Of a stretch of DNA of 32,515 nt, positions 9,266 through 21,023 are shown one piece after another. The notes beneath the pieces were generated by a model. The model did no database searches. It saw nothing but the letters and a program-made list of their open reading frames with translations, and was not told where the DNA came from. The position numbers were made by a program, and so were the translations under genes. How positions within the stretch are numbered: position 1 is the stretch's first letter; every line of letters begins with the position of its first letter. Source of the stretch: Halodesulfurarchaeum sp. (GTDB lineage: Archaea > Halobacteriota > Halobacteria > Halobacteriales > Halobacteriaceae); the NCBI GenBank assembly GCA_042216015.1, contig JBDGUI010000006.1, positions 9,205-41,719 on the forward strand, given 5' to 3'.

Positions 9266-9829
9266 ATGGGACAAGACTACGCCGAGTCCATTCGGGAGCA
9301 GCGCGATCAGAAGGAGGCTTACTTCGCCGAGAGTCCCAGATCGCCAATCCCGAAAGCGGCCCGGGAGGAGTTCCCGGGGCTGGAACACTTTCCGGTGGAC
9401 GAATCGATGCGCTTCGAGGTCGAACTACACGAACACGAGGACCCCGATCGGCTGACGGTCGAGACCACGGCGGGAAACGAGCAGGAGTACCTCCAGTGGG
9501 GCGAGTTCACCCTCGAGATCGACGGCGAGCCGGTCACGATCCAGGCCTACAAGGGCGACCCGAACGAGGAGCGCCTCTGGGTCCCCTTCCGGGATAAGAC
9601 GAGCGGCGAGGAGACCTACGGCGCCGGCCGGTACCTCGATCTCGAACGGGACCACCACTTTCACGATGGCGTCTGGATTCTCGACTTCAACGAGGCCTAC
9701 AACCCGACGTGTGCGTACAACGAGGGCTACGAGTGTCCGCTCATTCCCACCGAGAACTGGCTCGACGTGCGGATCGAGGCCGGCGAGAAGGACTACCCAG
9801 GCGAACCGCACAGCCCGCAACACCACTGA
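9266..9829 (+). CDS. DUF1684 family protein
   Basis: PFRDKTSGEETYGAGRYLD and LDFNEAYNPTCAYNEGYECPLIPTENWLDVRIEAGEK signature. Confidence 0.9.
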   Translation: MGQDYAESIREQRDQKEAYFAESPRSPIPKAAREEFPGLEHFPVDESMRFEVELHEHEDPDRLTVETTAGNEQEYLQWGEFTLEIDGEPVTIQAYKGDPNEERLWVPFRDKTSGEETYGAGRYLDLERDHHFHDGVWILDFNEAYNPTCAYNEGYECPLIPTENWLDVRIEAGEKDYPGEPHSPQHH

Positions 9830-9908
9830 GTCGAGGGTCCAGCCCGCAAGAGGGGGGTAATCTCCCTGGCCGTCGCTGTTTTTTCCCGTGGCCTGAGGTC
9901 CGAACCCC

Positions 9909-13127
<3,219 letters not shown>

Positions 13128-13149
13128 TACCGATGGAAACCCGTACATC

Positions 13150-13157
13150 GTAATAAG
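13150..13157 (-). promoter_or_regulatory. TATA-like box of carB
   Basis: CTTATTAC on the minus strand, about 26 nt upstream of ATG 13127. Confidence 0.55.
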
Positions 13158-13176
13158 TCCGGCGAAAGATTCCAGT

Positions 13177-13197
13177 TTTCGCAACTCGATTTCGAAA
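13177..13197. promoter_or_regulatory. Candidate operator TTTCG-N11-CGAAA upstream of carB
   Basis: tttcgcaactcgatttcgaaa, near-identical to 8059-8079. Confidence 0.6.
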
Positions 13198-13242
13198 TTC
13201 GCAGCTTCGTCCGACGCGAATGCGACCCGTTGCTCGTCGCGT

Positions 13243-13484
13243 TCGGTGGGTCAGGACGAGCAACTTCTCGGGTGCCCGGACCACGCAGATTGGTCCCGGT
13301 GGGGAACTCGAAAGGAGTGTTCGGCCCGTTCGGTCGCGAGCAACCGGTCGAAGCACACGCCCCAGACTGGACAGGCGTAGCCCTCGCGATTCTCGGCAAG
13401 CGTCGTGGCGCCCGTGGCGAGCAGTTTGAACCCGTGTCGGTGGTCGTGAATCGAGAACCCCTTTACGACGTCCAGTGGCTCCAT
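13243..13484 (-). pseudogene. Frameshifted small CPxCG-type (zinc-finger-like) haloarchaeal protein gene
   Basis: MEPLDVVKGFSIHDHRHGFKLL..ENREGYACPVWG..FDRLL..EHSF in one frame. A protein-like tail, SSPPGPICVVRAPEKLLVLTH, lies in another frame after about 13311. Confidence 0.65.
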
Positions 13485-13571
13485 CGGTCGGCAATCGTGG
13501 GGCCTGGGAATAGGTGCTGTGACACGGGGATGGGGAGACAGTCGACCCGATTCTGGGCCACACTCCACAGC

Positions 13572-14438
13572 TCAGTAGAACTCCTCGACCAGTTCGTCGT
13601 AGGCTCCCATCAGCCGCTCGGTCACTGGGCCCACCTCGAATTGGTGGTCGTCTAGGTTGCCGACCGGCCAGACCTCCCCCGTCGTGTTCGTCAGGAAGAG
13701 TTCGTCGCTCGCTTCGATTCGTGGCGGACGATATCGACCCGTCTCGACCGGAATCCCGAGGTCGTCGGCGAGGTCGAGCACCACGTCCCGGGTCACCCCC
13801 GGCAGGATCGGTCCCTCGAGGGACGGTGTGTGAAGGACGCCGTCCTCGACGAAGAACACGTTCGCCGTCGTTCCCTCCGCGACGTACCCATCGGTATCGA
13901 GAAGGAGCGCGTCGTCGGCCACGGCTTCCCCCGCCTCGTCCCTGAGTTCGAGTCTGGCGAGGATGCCGTTGAGGTAGTTGTGGGTCTTCAGCCCGGGTGG
14001 AATCGCGTCCGGGTGATTCCGTCGGGTCTCGACGGTCCGGAGCACGGCTGGCCCATCCCATTGCGGCTCCCCCTCGACGCCGGCGCGGGGCAGCTCCGAG
14101 ACGAGGACCACGACTGTCGGGTCGACTTCGGGCTGGGGGGTGAGCGCCCCGGGCTGGATCCCCCGGGTGATCGATACGCGCACGTACGCGTCCCCGAGGT
14201 CGTTCGCCTCGAGGGTCGCCTCGACGCGCTCGTGGAGGTCCGCTGGAATCGCATCCGGCATGCCGAGTGTCTCACAGGTCCCCCGGAGCCGGTCGAGGTG
14301 GGCCTCCCACTCGAAGAGCGTGCCGCCGTAGGCCCGCAGCGTCTCGAAGGCGGCGTCGCCGTACTTGAAGCCGCGATCCGCGACGCTCACGGTCGCCTCG
14401 TCGGCTCGCACCAGCTCGCCGTTCACGTGATACTGCAT
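13572..14438 (-). CDS. pabC: Class IV PLP enzyme, likely 4-amino-4-deoxychorismate lyase
   Basis: DRGFKYGDAAFETLRAY, HLDRL, LKTHNYLNGILAR, VAEGTTANVFFV, ILPGVTR; overlaps pabA. Confidence 0.85.
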   Translation of the reverse strand: MQYHVNGELVRADEATVSVADRGFKYGDAAFETLRAYGGTLFEWEAHLDRLRGTCETLGMPDAIPADLHERVEATLEANDLGDAYVRVSITRGIQPGALTPQPEVDPTVVVLVSELPRAGVEGEPQWDGPAVLRTVETRRNHPDAIPPGLKTHNYLNGILARLELRDEAGEAVADDALLLDTDGYVAEGTTANVFFVEDGVLHTPSLEGPILPGVTRDVVLDLADDLGIPVETGRYRPPRIEASDELFLTNTTGEVWPVGNLDDHQFEVGPVTERLMGAYDELVEEFY

Positions 14439-15061
14439 ACCTCGACTACGAACGCCCGTACGATATCTTTCCCCTTCGGCGTCAGGATGCTTTCGGGGTG
14501 GTACTGGACGCCGAAGTGTGGCTTCTCGTCGTGGCGCACGCCCATCACGAGTTCGGGTTCGTCGTCGGTCCACGCGGTCTCCTCGAGACAGGCCGGGAGG
14601 TTCCGGCGCTCGACGCCCAGGGAGTGATAGCGCCCCGCCTCGAACTCCGGGGGGAGTGCCGCGTACATCCCCTCCCCGTCGTGGGTCACGACCGAGGACT
14701 TCCCGTGGACGACCCCCGGCGCGTGGTCGACGGGCGCACCGTAAACCGCACAAAGGGCCTGATGGCCGAGACAGACTCCAAGCGTGGGATAGTCGAGTTC
14801 CGCGAAGACCGGCATCGACACCCCCGCGTCCTGTGGGATTCCCGGGCCGGGCGAGACGATGATTCCGTCGGGATCCAGCTCCCGAATCTCTTCGAGGGTG
14901 ATCTCGTCGTTGCGCCTGACGGTGACGTGGCCGGCGAACTCCCCGGCGTACTGGACGAGGTTGTACGCGAACGAATCGTAGTTGTCGATGACGAGGACGT
15001 GGGGGGCACAGTCGTCCCCGGTCCCGCCGGTCTCCACTTCAGTCCCCGCAGACCCCGTCAT
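14423..15061 (-). CDS. pabA: Aminodeoxychorismate/anthranilate synthase component II (glutamine amidotransferase)
   Basis: [46 protein letters not shown]. Confidence 0.9.
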   Translation of the reverse strand: MTGSAGTEVETGGTGDDCAPHVLVIDNYDSFAYNLVQYAGEFAGHVTVRRNDEITLEEIRELDPDGIIVSPGPGIPQDAGVSMPVFAELDYPTLGVCLGHQALCAVYGAPVDHAPGVVHGKSSVVTHDGEGMYAALPPEFEAGRYHSLGVERRNLPACLEETAWTDDEPELVMGVRHDEKPHFGVQYHPESILTPKGKDIVRAFVVEVCSIT

Positions 15062-16509
15062 TCGCCCACCTCCATCTCCCCGGCCTCGAGAGCCGCGTCG
15101 ACCGCGTTGAGCAGGGCCCGGGCCTTATCGAGGGTCTCCTCGTACTCGCGGTCCGGGACCGAATCGTGGACGATCCCCCCGCCAACGCGGAGGTGGTACT
15201 CCTCGCCGTGCCGGACGAGCGTCCGGATGACGATGTTGAGCGTGGCCCGTCCGTCAAAGCCGATGGCGGCCATGCTCCCGGTGTAGGGCCCGCGGCGGGT
15301 CGACTCGACCTCCTCGATGATTTCCATGGTGCGGGGTTTGGGCGCTCCGGTGATCGTCCCGCCCGGGAACATCGCCCGGATGGCGTCGACGACCCCCGCG
15401 TCGGGCCGGAGCCGGCCCGAGACCAGCGAGACGAGGTGCATCACCTCGGAGTAGCGATCGACGCGGCGGTACTCGTCGACGGTGACGGTGCCGTACGCCG
15501 AGACCTTCCCGAGATCGTTTCGCTCGAGGTCCACGAGCATGGCGTGTTCGGCCCGTTCCTTCTCGTCGCCGGTGAGGTCGGCCTCGAGGGCCTCGTCCGC
15601 CGGCTCCGTCTCACCCCTGGGTCGGGTCCCCGCGATCGGCTCGGTCTCGACGCGGTCCCCCTCCCGCTCGAGGAGGAGTTCGGGACTCGCGCTCACCAGA
15701 TCGACCCCGGGGAACTCGATCAGTCCCGAATAGGGGGCCGGGTTCACCGTCCGGAGCGCGTCGAAGGCCTCGACGGGGTGGACCGCGGCGGGGGCCTCCA
15801 GTCGCTGGGAGATGTTGACCTGAAAGGTGTCACCGTCCCGGATGTAGTCCTGGACGGTGCCGACTCGTTCGGCGTAGGCAAGCCGGTCTGTCGAACTCTC
15901 GAACTCGGCGGTGTTCGTGGCGACCGGCGGGTCACCGACCTCGGGGTCGCCCTCCCGGATCCGGCCGGCGAGCGACTCCAGTTGCTCGATCCCCCGGTCG
16001 TAGGCCGCCTCGGGGTCCTCGCCGACACGGGGCGAGGCGACGAGACGGAGGGTCGGCTCCCCCTCGATGGGCATCCGCCACGCGGCGATGGCGTCATAAA
16101 CGCCGAACTGGAGGTGCGGAAGCCCGCGATCGTCCACCGCGTCCTCGGGGAGGTCCTCGAGGTCCCGGACGACGTCATAGGAGAGCCAGCCGAAGAGCCC
16201 GCCGGGATAGGGGACGTCGCAGTCGGTTTCGACCAGGCTCTCGCCCTCGAGATGGGCTTCGAGTCGATCGAGTGCGCCGGGCCCGTCGACGGTGAGGAAG
16301 TCCGAGGGATCGACGCCGAAGTACCCCCAGCCCGGTCGGCCGCCCGAGGTCTCGAAGAAAAACGAGGGATGCTCGCCGCGAGCCCGTCGGTACGCCGTCC
16401 AGGGATCCGCGTCGATGGTCCCGACGACCGGCACGCGTGCGTCCGCCGGGGCCGCTGTGGCCCGTTCGAGGAACGTCGAACGGGTCGTCGATACCGTGAA
16501 CGTCGCCAT
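15058..16509 (-). CDS. pabB: Aminodeoxychorismate synthase component I
   Basis: [75 protein letters not shown]; operon context with pabA and pabC favours PabB over TrpE. Confidence 0.88.
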   Translation of the reverse strand: MATFTVSTTRSTFLERATAAPADARVPVVGTIDADPWTAYRRARGEHPSFFFETSGGRPGWGYFGVDPSDFLTVDGPGALDRLEAHLEGESLVETDCDVPYPGGLFGWLSYDVVRDLEDLPEDAVDDRGLPHLQFGVYDAIAAWRMPIEGEPTLRLVASPRVGEDPEAAYDRGIEQLESLAGRIREGDPEVGDPPVATNTAEFESSTDRLAYAERVGTVQDYIRDGDTFQVNISQRLEAPAAVHPVEAFDALRTVNPAPYSGLIEFPGVDLVSASPELLLEREGDRVETEPIAGTRPRGETEPADEALEADLTGDEKERAEHAMLVDLERNDLGKVSAYGTVTVDEYRRVDRYSEVMHLVSLVSGRLRPDAGVVDAIRAMFPGGTITGAPKPRTMEIIEEVESTRRGPYTGSMAAIGFDGRATLNIVIRTLVRHGEEYHLRVGGGIVHDSVPDREYEETLDKARALLNAVDAALEAGEMEVGE

Positions 16510-16607
16510 TGGTTCTCGAAGGTCGGCGCCGATTCAAGACGTTTTGGGTCTCACCCGGTGCTGCCGTTGGTTAACCTGGATGGAAAACTACAGGCAGCAA
16601 CTGCCCG

Positions 16608-17150
16608 TTAGGCGGGTTCGTCGAACTCGTCCTCGAAGTCTCGCACCTCGCGATATTCCTCGACGAACTCGCTCACGTCGAAGTCCCCCCGCACCTCGCT
16701 GAAGGTCTTTGCCGCCGAATCGTCTCCGACCGCCGTCACTGCCTGGGCCATCACCTCGAGGACGGTTCGAACGACTATCTCGTGGAACTCGCGGGCGTCG
16801 AAGACCGCGATCCAGGCCGCCGCGTAGCCGGTGGAACCGTCCTCGCTCGCGTCGTGGGCGACGATTTCCTCGGGATGGGCATCCATCACGAGCCCCATGA
16901 GCGGGACCGTGCCGAACGCCTCCATCTCGGTCCCTTCGGCCGCGAGCGTGTCCGCAAGGACCTCGGTCACCGACTCCGGCAGAAATCGGGAGGGCGGGTG
17001 CGGATCGAGTACGACGGCGTGGGTCTCCCCGCAGTCACACCGGACTTCCCTGAGGCCCAGGTCCAGGTCGTCGCTTTTGATGGTCTCCCCGCAGGGCAAC
17101 TCGATCGACTGGCCGCTCGGTCCCGTTGGAACCCCCGGTTGGGCCGTCAT
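16608..17150 (-). CDS. Conserved haloarchaeal protein (DUF5815-like), possible metal-binding N-terminus
   Basis: IELPCGE..DLDLGLRE..CDCGETHAVVLDPHPPSRFLPE; acidic 180 aa protein coupled to the upstream gene. Confidence 0.7.
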   Translation of the reverse strand: MTAQPGVPTGPSGQSIELPCGETIKSDDLDLGLREVRCDCGETHAVVLDPHPPSRFLPESVTEVLADTLAAEGTEMEAFGTVPLMGLVMDAHPEEIVAHDASEDGSTGYAAAWIAVFDAREFHEIVVRTVLEVMAQAVTAVGDDSAAKTFSEVRGDFDVSEFVEEYREVRDFEDEFDEPA

Positions 17151-17560
17151 GGCCAGTCCTCCCGCTCCACTTCGCCATCAGGTTTGCGCTGTTCGCCCAC
17201 GGTCCAGCCCGCCGCGTCGGCTGCCTCCTGGACTGGCAGGTACTCCCAGCCGGCGGCCTCGGCCCGTTCGCGATCCGACTCGTCGGTGCCGATCACGACG
17301 TAGCGGTCCGATTCGAACTGCTCGCGAACGCTCTCGAGGGTGTCCCGAGCGCCCTTCGGGCCCGAAAAGAAGTCCTCCCGAATGCGTCGCTTCCGGGTGA
17401 AGTTCGTGAGGACGTGGGTCGGTTCGTCGGCCGACACCACGCCCGCATAGCGGGTCCACTGCCGCGCGTCGGCGAAGGCCGTGCCCGGCTCGGCCAGGGC
17501 CTGGAGTGCCGAGAGCTCGAAGGCGAGGGTCATCTCGCCGCCCGCGTCCGGCGTGTCCAT
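17147..17560 (-). CDS. Conserved haloarchaeal protein, degenerate HAD-like fold
   Basis: MTLAFELSAL..FADARQWTRYAGVVS..FFSGP..RYVVIGTDESDRERAEAAGWEYLPV. The start may instead be ATG 17533. Confidence 0.75.
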   Translation of the reverse strand: MDTPDAGGEMTLAFELSALQALAEPGTAFADARQWTRYAGVVSADEPTHVLTNFTRKRRIREDFFSGPKGARDTLESVREQFESDRYVVIGTDESDRERAEAAGWEYLPVQEAADAAGWTVGEQRKPDGEVEREDWP

Positions 17561-17610
17561 ACACCGGTTTCGGGGCGATTCGCGCAAAACGGCTTCGGTC
17601 CGTCCCGGGA

Positions 17611-18867
17611 CTACAGTTCTACGTCGACGTCCAGGTCCTCGAGGTCGAAGCTCTCCTGCAGGAGGACGTCTTTCTGGTCTGCCACCTTCGCGCCGCTGAG
17701 AATGAGGTCCTTGTACTTCGACTGGGCGGCGAGGTCGCCGATGAGGACGCCACCGATGAGTTGGCCGTCCTGGAAGGTGAGTCGCCGCCATGAGGTCTCG
17801 TCGTACTTTCGCTCGGCCTCGTCGTCGCCCTCGGTCGGATAGCCAAAGGAGAGGAACGGGAAGTCGAAGTGGGTGATCGAGTACGAGGAGACCCACCGGA
17901 ACTCCTCGGTCTCGACGTCAGCCCCCTGATCGGCCAGCATCGTCCGGGCGGCCTGACTGCCCTGCTCCTTTGCGGATCCCCACGAGCCGTTCTGGGCCTC
18001 GTCGCCGATGACCGGGTCATGGAAGGTCACGATGTCGCCGGCAGCGTAGATGTCCTCGGCGTCTGTCCGCATGTACTCGTCCGTGTGAATCCCGCCGTTG
18101 GTCTCGACGGTCGTCCCCTGCAGCAACTCGGTGTTGAAATTGAGCCCGATGGCGGCCCCGACGAAGCGACTCTCGTAGCGATCGCCGTTGGCGTCTACCG
18201 TGGCCACAACGTGGCCCTCCTCGTCGGTCTCGAATTGTTCGACGCCGGATTCGAGAACGAGTTCGACGCCGAGGTCGCGCATGGCCTCGTGCATGATCTC
18301 TGCGCCCTCGAGGCTCAGCGCGTAGCGCCACCAGCGATTGCCGCGCATGATGTACCAGGCGTTCTCGAGGTCGTGGGCGCCGGCGATGGCGGCCAGGTCG
18401 ATCCCGAGCAGACCCGCGCCGACGATCACGGCGTTCTCGGCTTCCTCCATCCCCTCCTTGATGTCCCGGGCGTCCTCGAACGTCCAGAAGTGGTGGATGC
18501 CGTCGGCGTGACTCCCCGGAACGGGCAGCTGGGATGGGGTCCCGCCGGTGGCGACCAGCAGTTTGTCGTACCCGATGGTGTCGCCCTCGTGGGTATAAAC
18601 CTCGTGGGCGTCCTCGTCGACCTGCGTGACGTAGGTATTCATCTGGAGGTCGATGTCTCGATCGGAATACCAGCTCTCGTCGTGAATCGAGACCGGCCCC
18701 TCGGGCATCTTGCCCTTCGCAAACTCCTTGATCAGGATCCGGTTGTAGAGCGGTTCCCCCTCGTCGGTGATGACCGTCACGTCCGCGTCCTCGTCGTGTT
18801 CTCGAATTTCCTCGGCGGCGGTGCTGCCCGCGATGCCATCGCCAATAATTACGTACGACGCACTCAT
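17611..18867 (-). CDS. NAD(P)/FAD-dependent oxidoreductase (ferredoxin/rubredoxin reductase-like)
   Basis: YVIIGDGIAG, LYNRILIKE, YDKLLVATGG, VIVGAGLLG, TDEYMRT..IYAAGD. Confidence 0.92.
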   Translation of the reverse strand: MSASYVIIGDGIAGSTAAEEIREHDEDADVTVITDEGEPLYNRILIKEFAKGKMPEGPVSIHDESWYSDRDIDLQMNTYVTQVDEDAHEVYTHEGDTIGYDKLLVATGGTPSQLPVPGSHADGIHHFWTFEDARDIKEGMEEAENAVIVGAGLLGIDLAAIAGAHDLENAWYIMRGNRWWRYALSLEGAEIMHEAMRDLGVELVLESGVEQFETDEEGHVVATVDANGDRYESRFVGAAIGLNFNTELLQGTTVETNGGIHTDEYMRTDAEDIYAAGDIVTFHDPVIGDEAQNGSWGSAKEQGSQAARTMLADQGADVETEEFRWVSSYSITHFDFPFLSFGYPTEGDDEAERKYDETSWRRLTFQDGQLIGGVLIGDLAAQSKYKDLILSGAKVADQKDVLLQESFDLEDLDVDVEL

Positions 18868-19010
18868 ATCACGGGACTTCTCTGTCGCCCCTAATGTGGA
18901 TTGCTATATCCGTCCAGGAGTGCCTCGTGTGATCGTCTCCCGGGGACCTGGGGCTCCTGCTGACAATTCTCGGATCGCTGTCCCACCACCGTCCCATCGA
19001 TGGAATCGTC

Positions 19011-19055
19011 TGGCCGATCGTCGAGCCGACCGCGTATTGGCCGATCGTCGAGCCG
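19011..19055. repeat. 18-bp direct repeat x2 (tggccgatcgtcgagccg), period 27
   Basis: Exact copies at 19011-19028 and 19038-19055. Confidence 0.85.
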
Positions 19056-19067
19056 GGCGTTCTCCTC

Positions 19068-19307
19068 TCACCCGTCCGCGTAGACGATCTCGGCGATCAC
19101 CCGACGTTCGCCCTCGTCATCGTCGTTTTCGTACTTGTAGCGGACGTCGGGGTCCTCTTCGCGGGTGGCGGCGTGGGACCCGTCGCAGAACGGGTAGTCG
19201 GCGGACAACCCGCACATACAGATGGCGATGTCGCCCTTCTCCTCGCTGACGTCGCGTTCGTCGATGCGGTGGGGTCCGCGTGCGTCGTGTGTGATCTCCC
19301 GGGGCAT
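19068..19307 (-). CDS. CDGSH iron-sulfur domain protein
   Basis: ICMCGLSADYPFCDGSH motif. Confidence 0.92.
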   Translation of the reverse strand: MPREITHDARGPHRIDERDVSEEKGDIAICMCGLSADYPFCDGSHAATREEDPDVRYKYENDDDEGERRVIAEIVYADG

Positions 19308-19355
19308 GCGTCGATGTTCGTCGGCCGATCACTTAATGGTGGAGCCGATCGGGCC

Positions 19356-19429
19356 CTTCTCCCCTCGGTCGGGCTTCCCCCACGTCGATTTCCCCCTCGG
19401 TCGGGCTTCCCCCACGTCGCTTCTCCCCT
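19356..19429. repeat. 32-bp tandem repeat, about 2.3 copies
   Basis: cccctcggtcgggcttcccccacgtcg at 19361-19387 and 19393-19419; cttctcccct recurs at both flanks. Confidence 0.85.
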
Positions 19430-19510
19430 TGGGACGATTTCACTCCATTCAGCTCGACTGACACGATCGTCCGGGTTCGGTAACTCCCGGTCGGGGTGAT
19501 GGGGGGCCAA

Positions 19511-20821
19511 TCAGGACTCGTTCAGGATCCGGTCGGCGGCCTCGAACCCGGCGACGATCCCGCCGTCGAGACTTCGCTCGGGATACTGCGCCCTCGAGGC
19601 CATGCCCGCGTAGTAGACACCGTCCCCGACCGGTTCGCTCAGCTCGTACGGGACGACTTTCTCGAGGTAGCCCCGCTCGTAGACCGGTGCCGTTCGTGGG
19701 TTCCGGGTCGTTTCGATCCAGTTCACCGATTCGCGGTCGAAGTCGGGAAAGAGCGACTCGATCCCGTCGAGCCATCGCTCCTCGATCGCCGCGTCGTCGG
19801 CCTCGAAGAGCGGGTCAGACGCGCTCTGGACGTACTTCGGCACGTAGAGCAGATGCTCGCCCCCGTAGCGGTCGGGCTCGACGAAGTTCGTGTGCTCGAT
19901 GAGTGCGCCAAACGGCGCCGTATCGCCGATGTTGAGCCAGTAGGTGTCCGAAAGCGGTTCGTCCATCGAGATCACCGAGCAGACGGTTCCCTGGAAGTCG
20001 ATCTCGCAGGCGTAGCCAGTCAGGTCCTCGAGGACGTCCGGCATGGCGGCGATCACTACGTCGTCCACCGCCCGTGTGCCTGACTCCTCGCCCTCGGTCG
20101 CGATCGATTCCACGCCGTCGGCACCGACCCGGATGTCGGTCACGCGGGTGTCGGTGACGACCCGCTCCGGGCCGATCTCCGCGAGGAGTGCCTCCACGAG
20201 CCGACCGAAGCCACCCCGGAGGTAGCCAAGCGGCTCGCCCCGAAGCAGGTCCCGCTCGCCCCGGAACCGGACCCGACCGAGCAGCCAGGCGGCGCTCACG
20301 TCGTCCTTCCGCGAGCCGAACTTCGCCTCGAGGAGCGGGAGAAAGAAGTTCTCGTAGACGCCGTCGGTCGTGTGCTCCCGGACGAAGGCCTCGAGGGACA
20401 CGTCCTCGTAGGCCTCGAGTTCCCCGTAGGCGTCGAAATCCGGGATTCCGCCACGGACGTCCACGCCGAGCACGAGCAGTCCGAGCCGGAACGTGTCATA
20501 GAGGCTCAAATACGGGTAGGCGGCGATCTCCCAGGGCGTATCGAGCGGATAGACGGTCCCGTCCATGTAGTAGGCGTTCTTCCCGATCGGCCACTCGAGG
20601 TCGCCGGCGAGGCCGAGTTCCTCGATCAACTCGACGATCGTCTCCTCGGACCTCGAGAGGTGGTGGTAGTAGCGCTCGATCGGGTCGCCGGCGGTCTCGT
20701 AGGTCGCGGCCAGTCCGCCGACCCGGTCGGCCGCCTCGTAGATCCGCACGTCGCGGCCCGCACGCGCGAGTCGGTACCCGGCGGCGAGTCCGGCGATGCC
20801 GCCGCCGACGATGGCGATCAT
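19511..20821 (-). CDS. Flavin-dependent oxidoreductase (amine oxidase/protoporphyrinogen oxidase superfamily)
   Basis: MIAIVGGGIAGLAAGYRL, YEAADRVGGLA, IERYYHHL, GYLRGGF, YPERSLDGGIVAG. Confidence 0.88.
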   Translation of the reverse strand: MIAIVGGGIAGLAAGYRLARAGRDVRIYEAADRVGGLAATYETAGDPIERYYHHLSRSEETIVELIEELGLAGDLEWPIGKNAYYMDGTVYPLDTPWEIAAYPYLSLYDTFRLGLLVLGVDVRGGIPDFDAYGELEAYEDVSLEAFVREHTTDGVYENFFLPLLEAKFGSRKDDVSAAWLLGRVRFRGERDLLRGEPLGYLRGGFGRLVEALLAEIGPERVVTDTRVTDIRVGADGVESIATEGEESGTRAVDDVVIAAMPDVLEDLTGYACEIDFQGTVCSVISMDEPLSDTYWLNIGDTAPFGALIEHTNFVEPDRYGGEHLLYVPKYVQSASDPLFEADDAAIEERWLDGIESLFPDFDRESVNWIETTRNPRTAPVYERGYLEKVVPYELSEPVGDGVYYAGMASRAQYPERSLDGGIVAGFEAADRILNES

Positions 20822-21023
20822 ACCACTCACTCCGCGAGCCCCGTGGAATAGGATTGTGGTCCCGACCTGCCAAGGGACCGCCGTTGGCACAGGGTGGGAC
20901 CACCCGACTGCAGTCCCGTGGTCTCCCCTGCCCACCTCGCTTGGACGGGCCGATACTCGCTGAAACGGGACCCTTCGCGGGGAATCTTAAAACCTTTCCC
21001 CGTCCAACTGCTCCGTACGCACA

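Noticed and set aside
13572..16509. trpE/trpG/ilvE assignment
   Set aside because: The three-gene order with a class IV PLP enzyme, and the absence of other trp genes, fits pabB-pabA-pabC better.
18916..18959. CAGGAG...CTCCTG possible structured RNA upstream of the oxidoreductase
   Set aside because: Only a 6-bp clear stem in GC-rich DNA, with no recognisable riboswitch or tRNA features.
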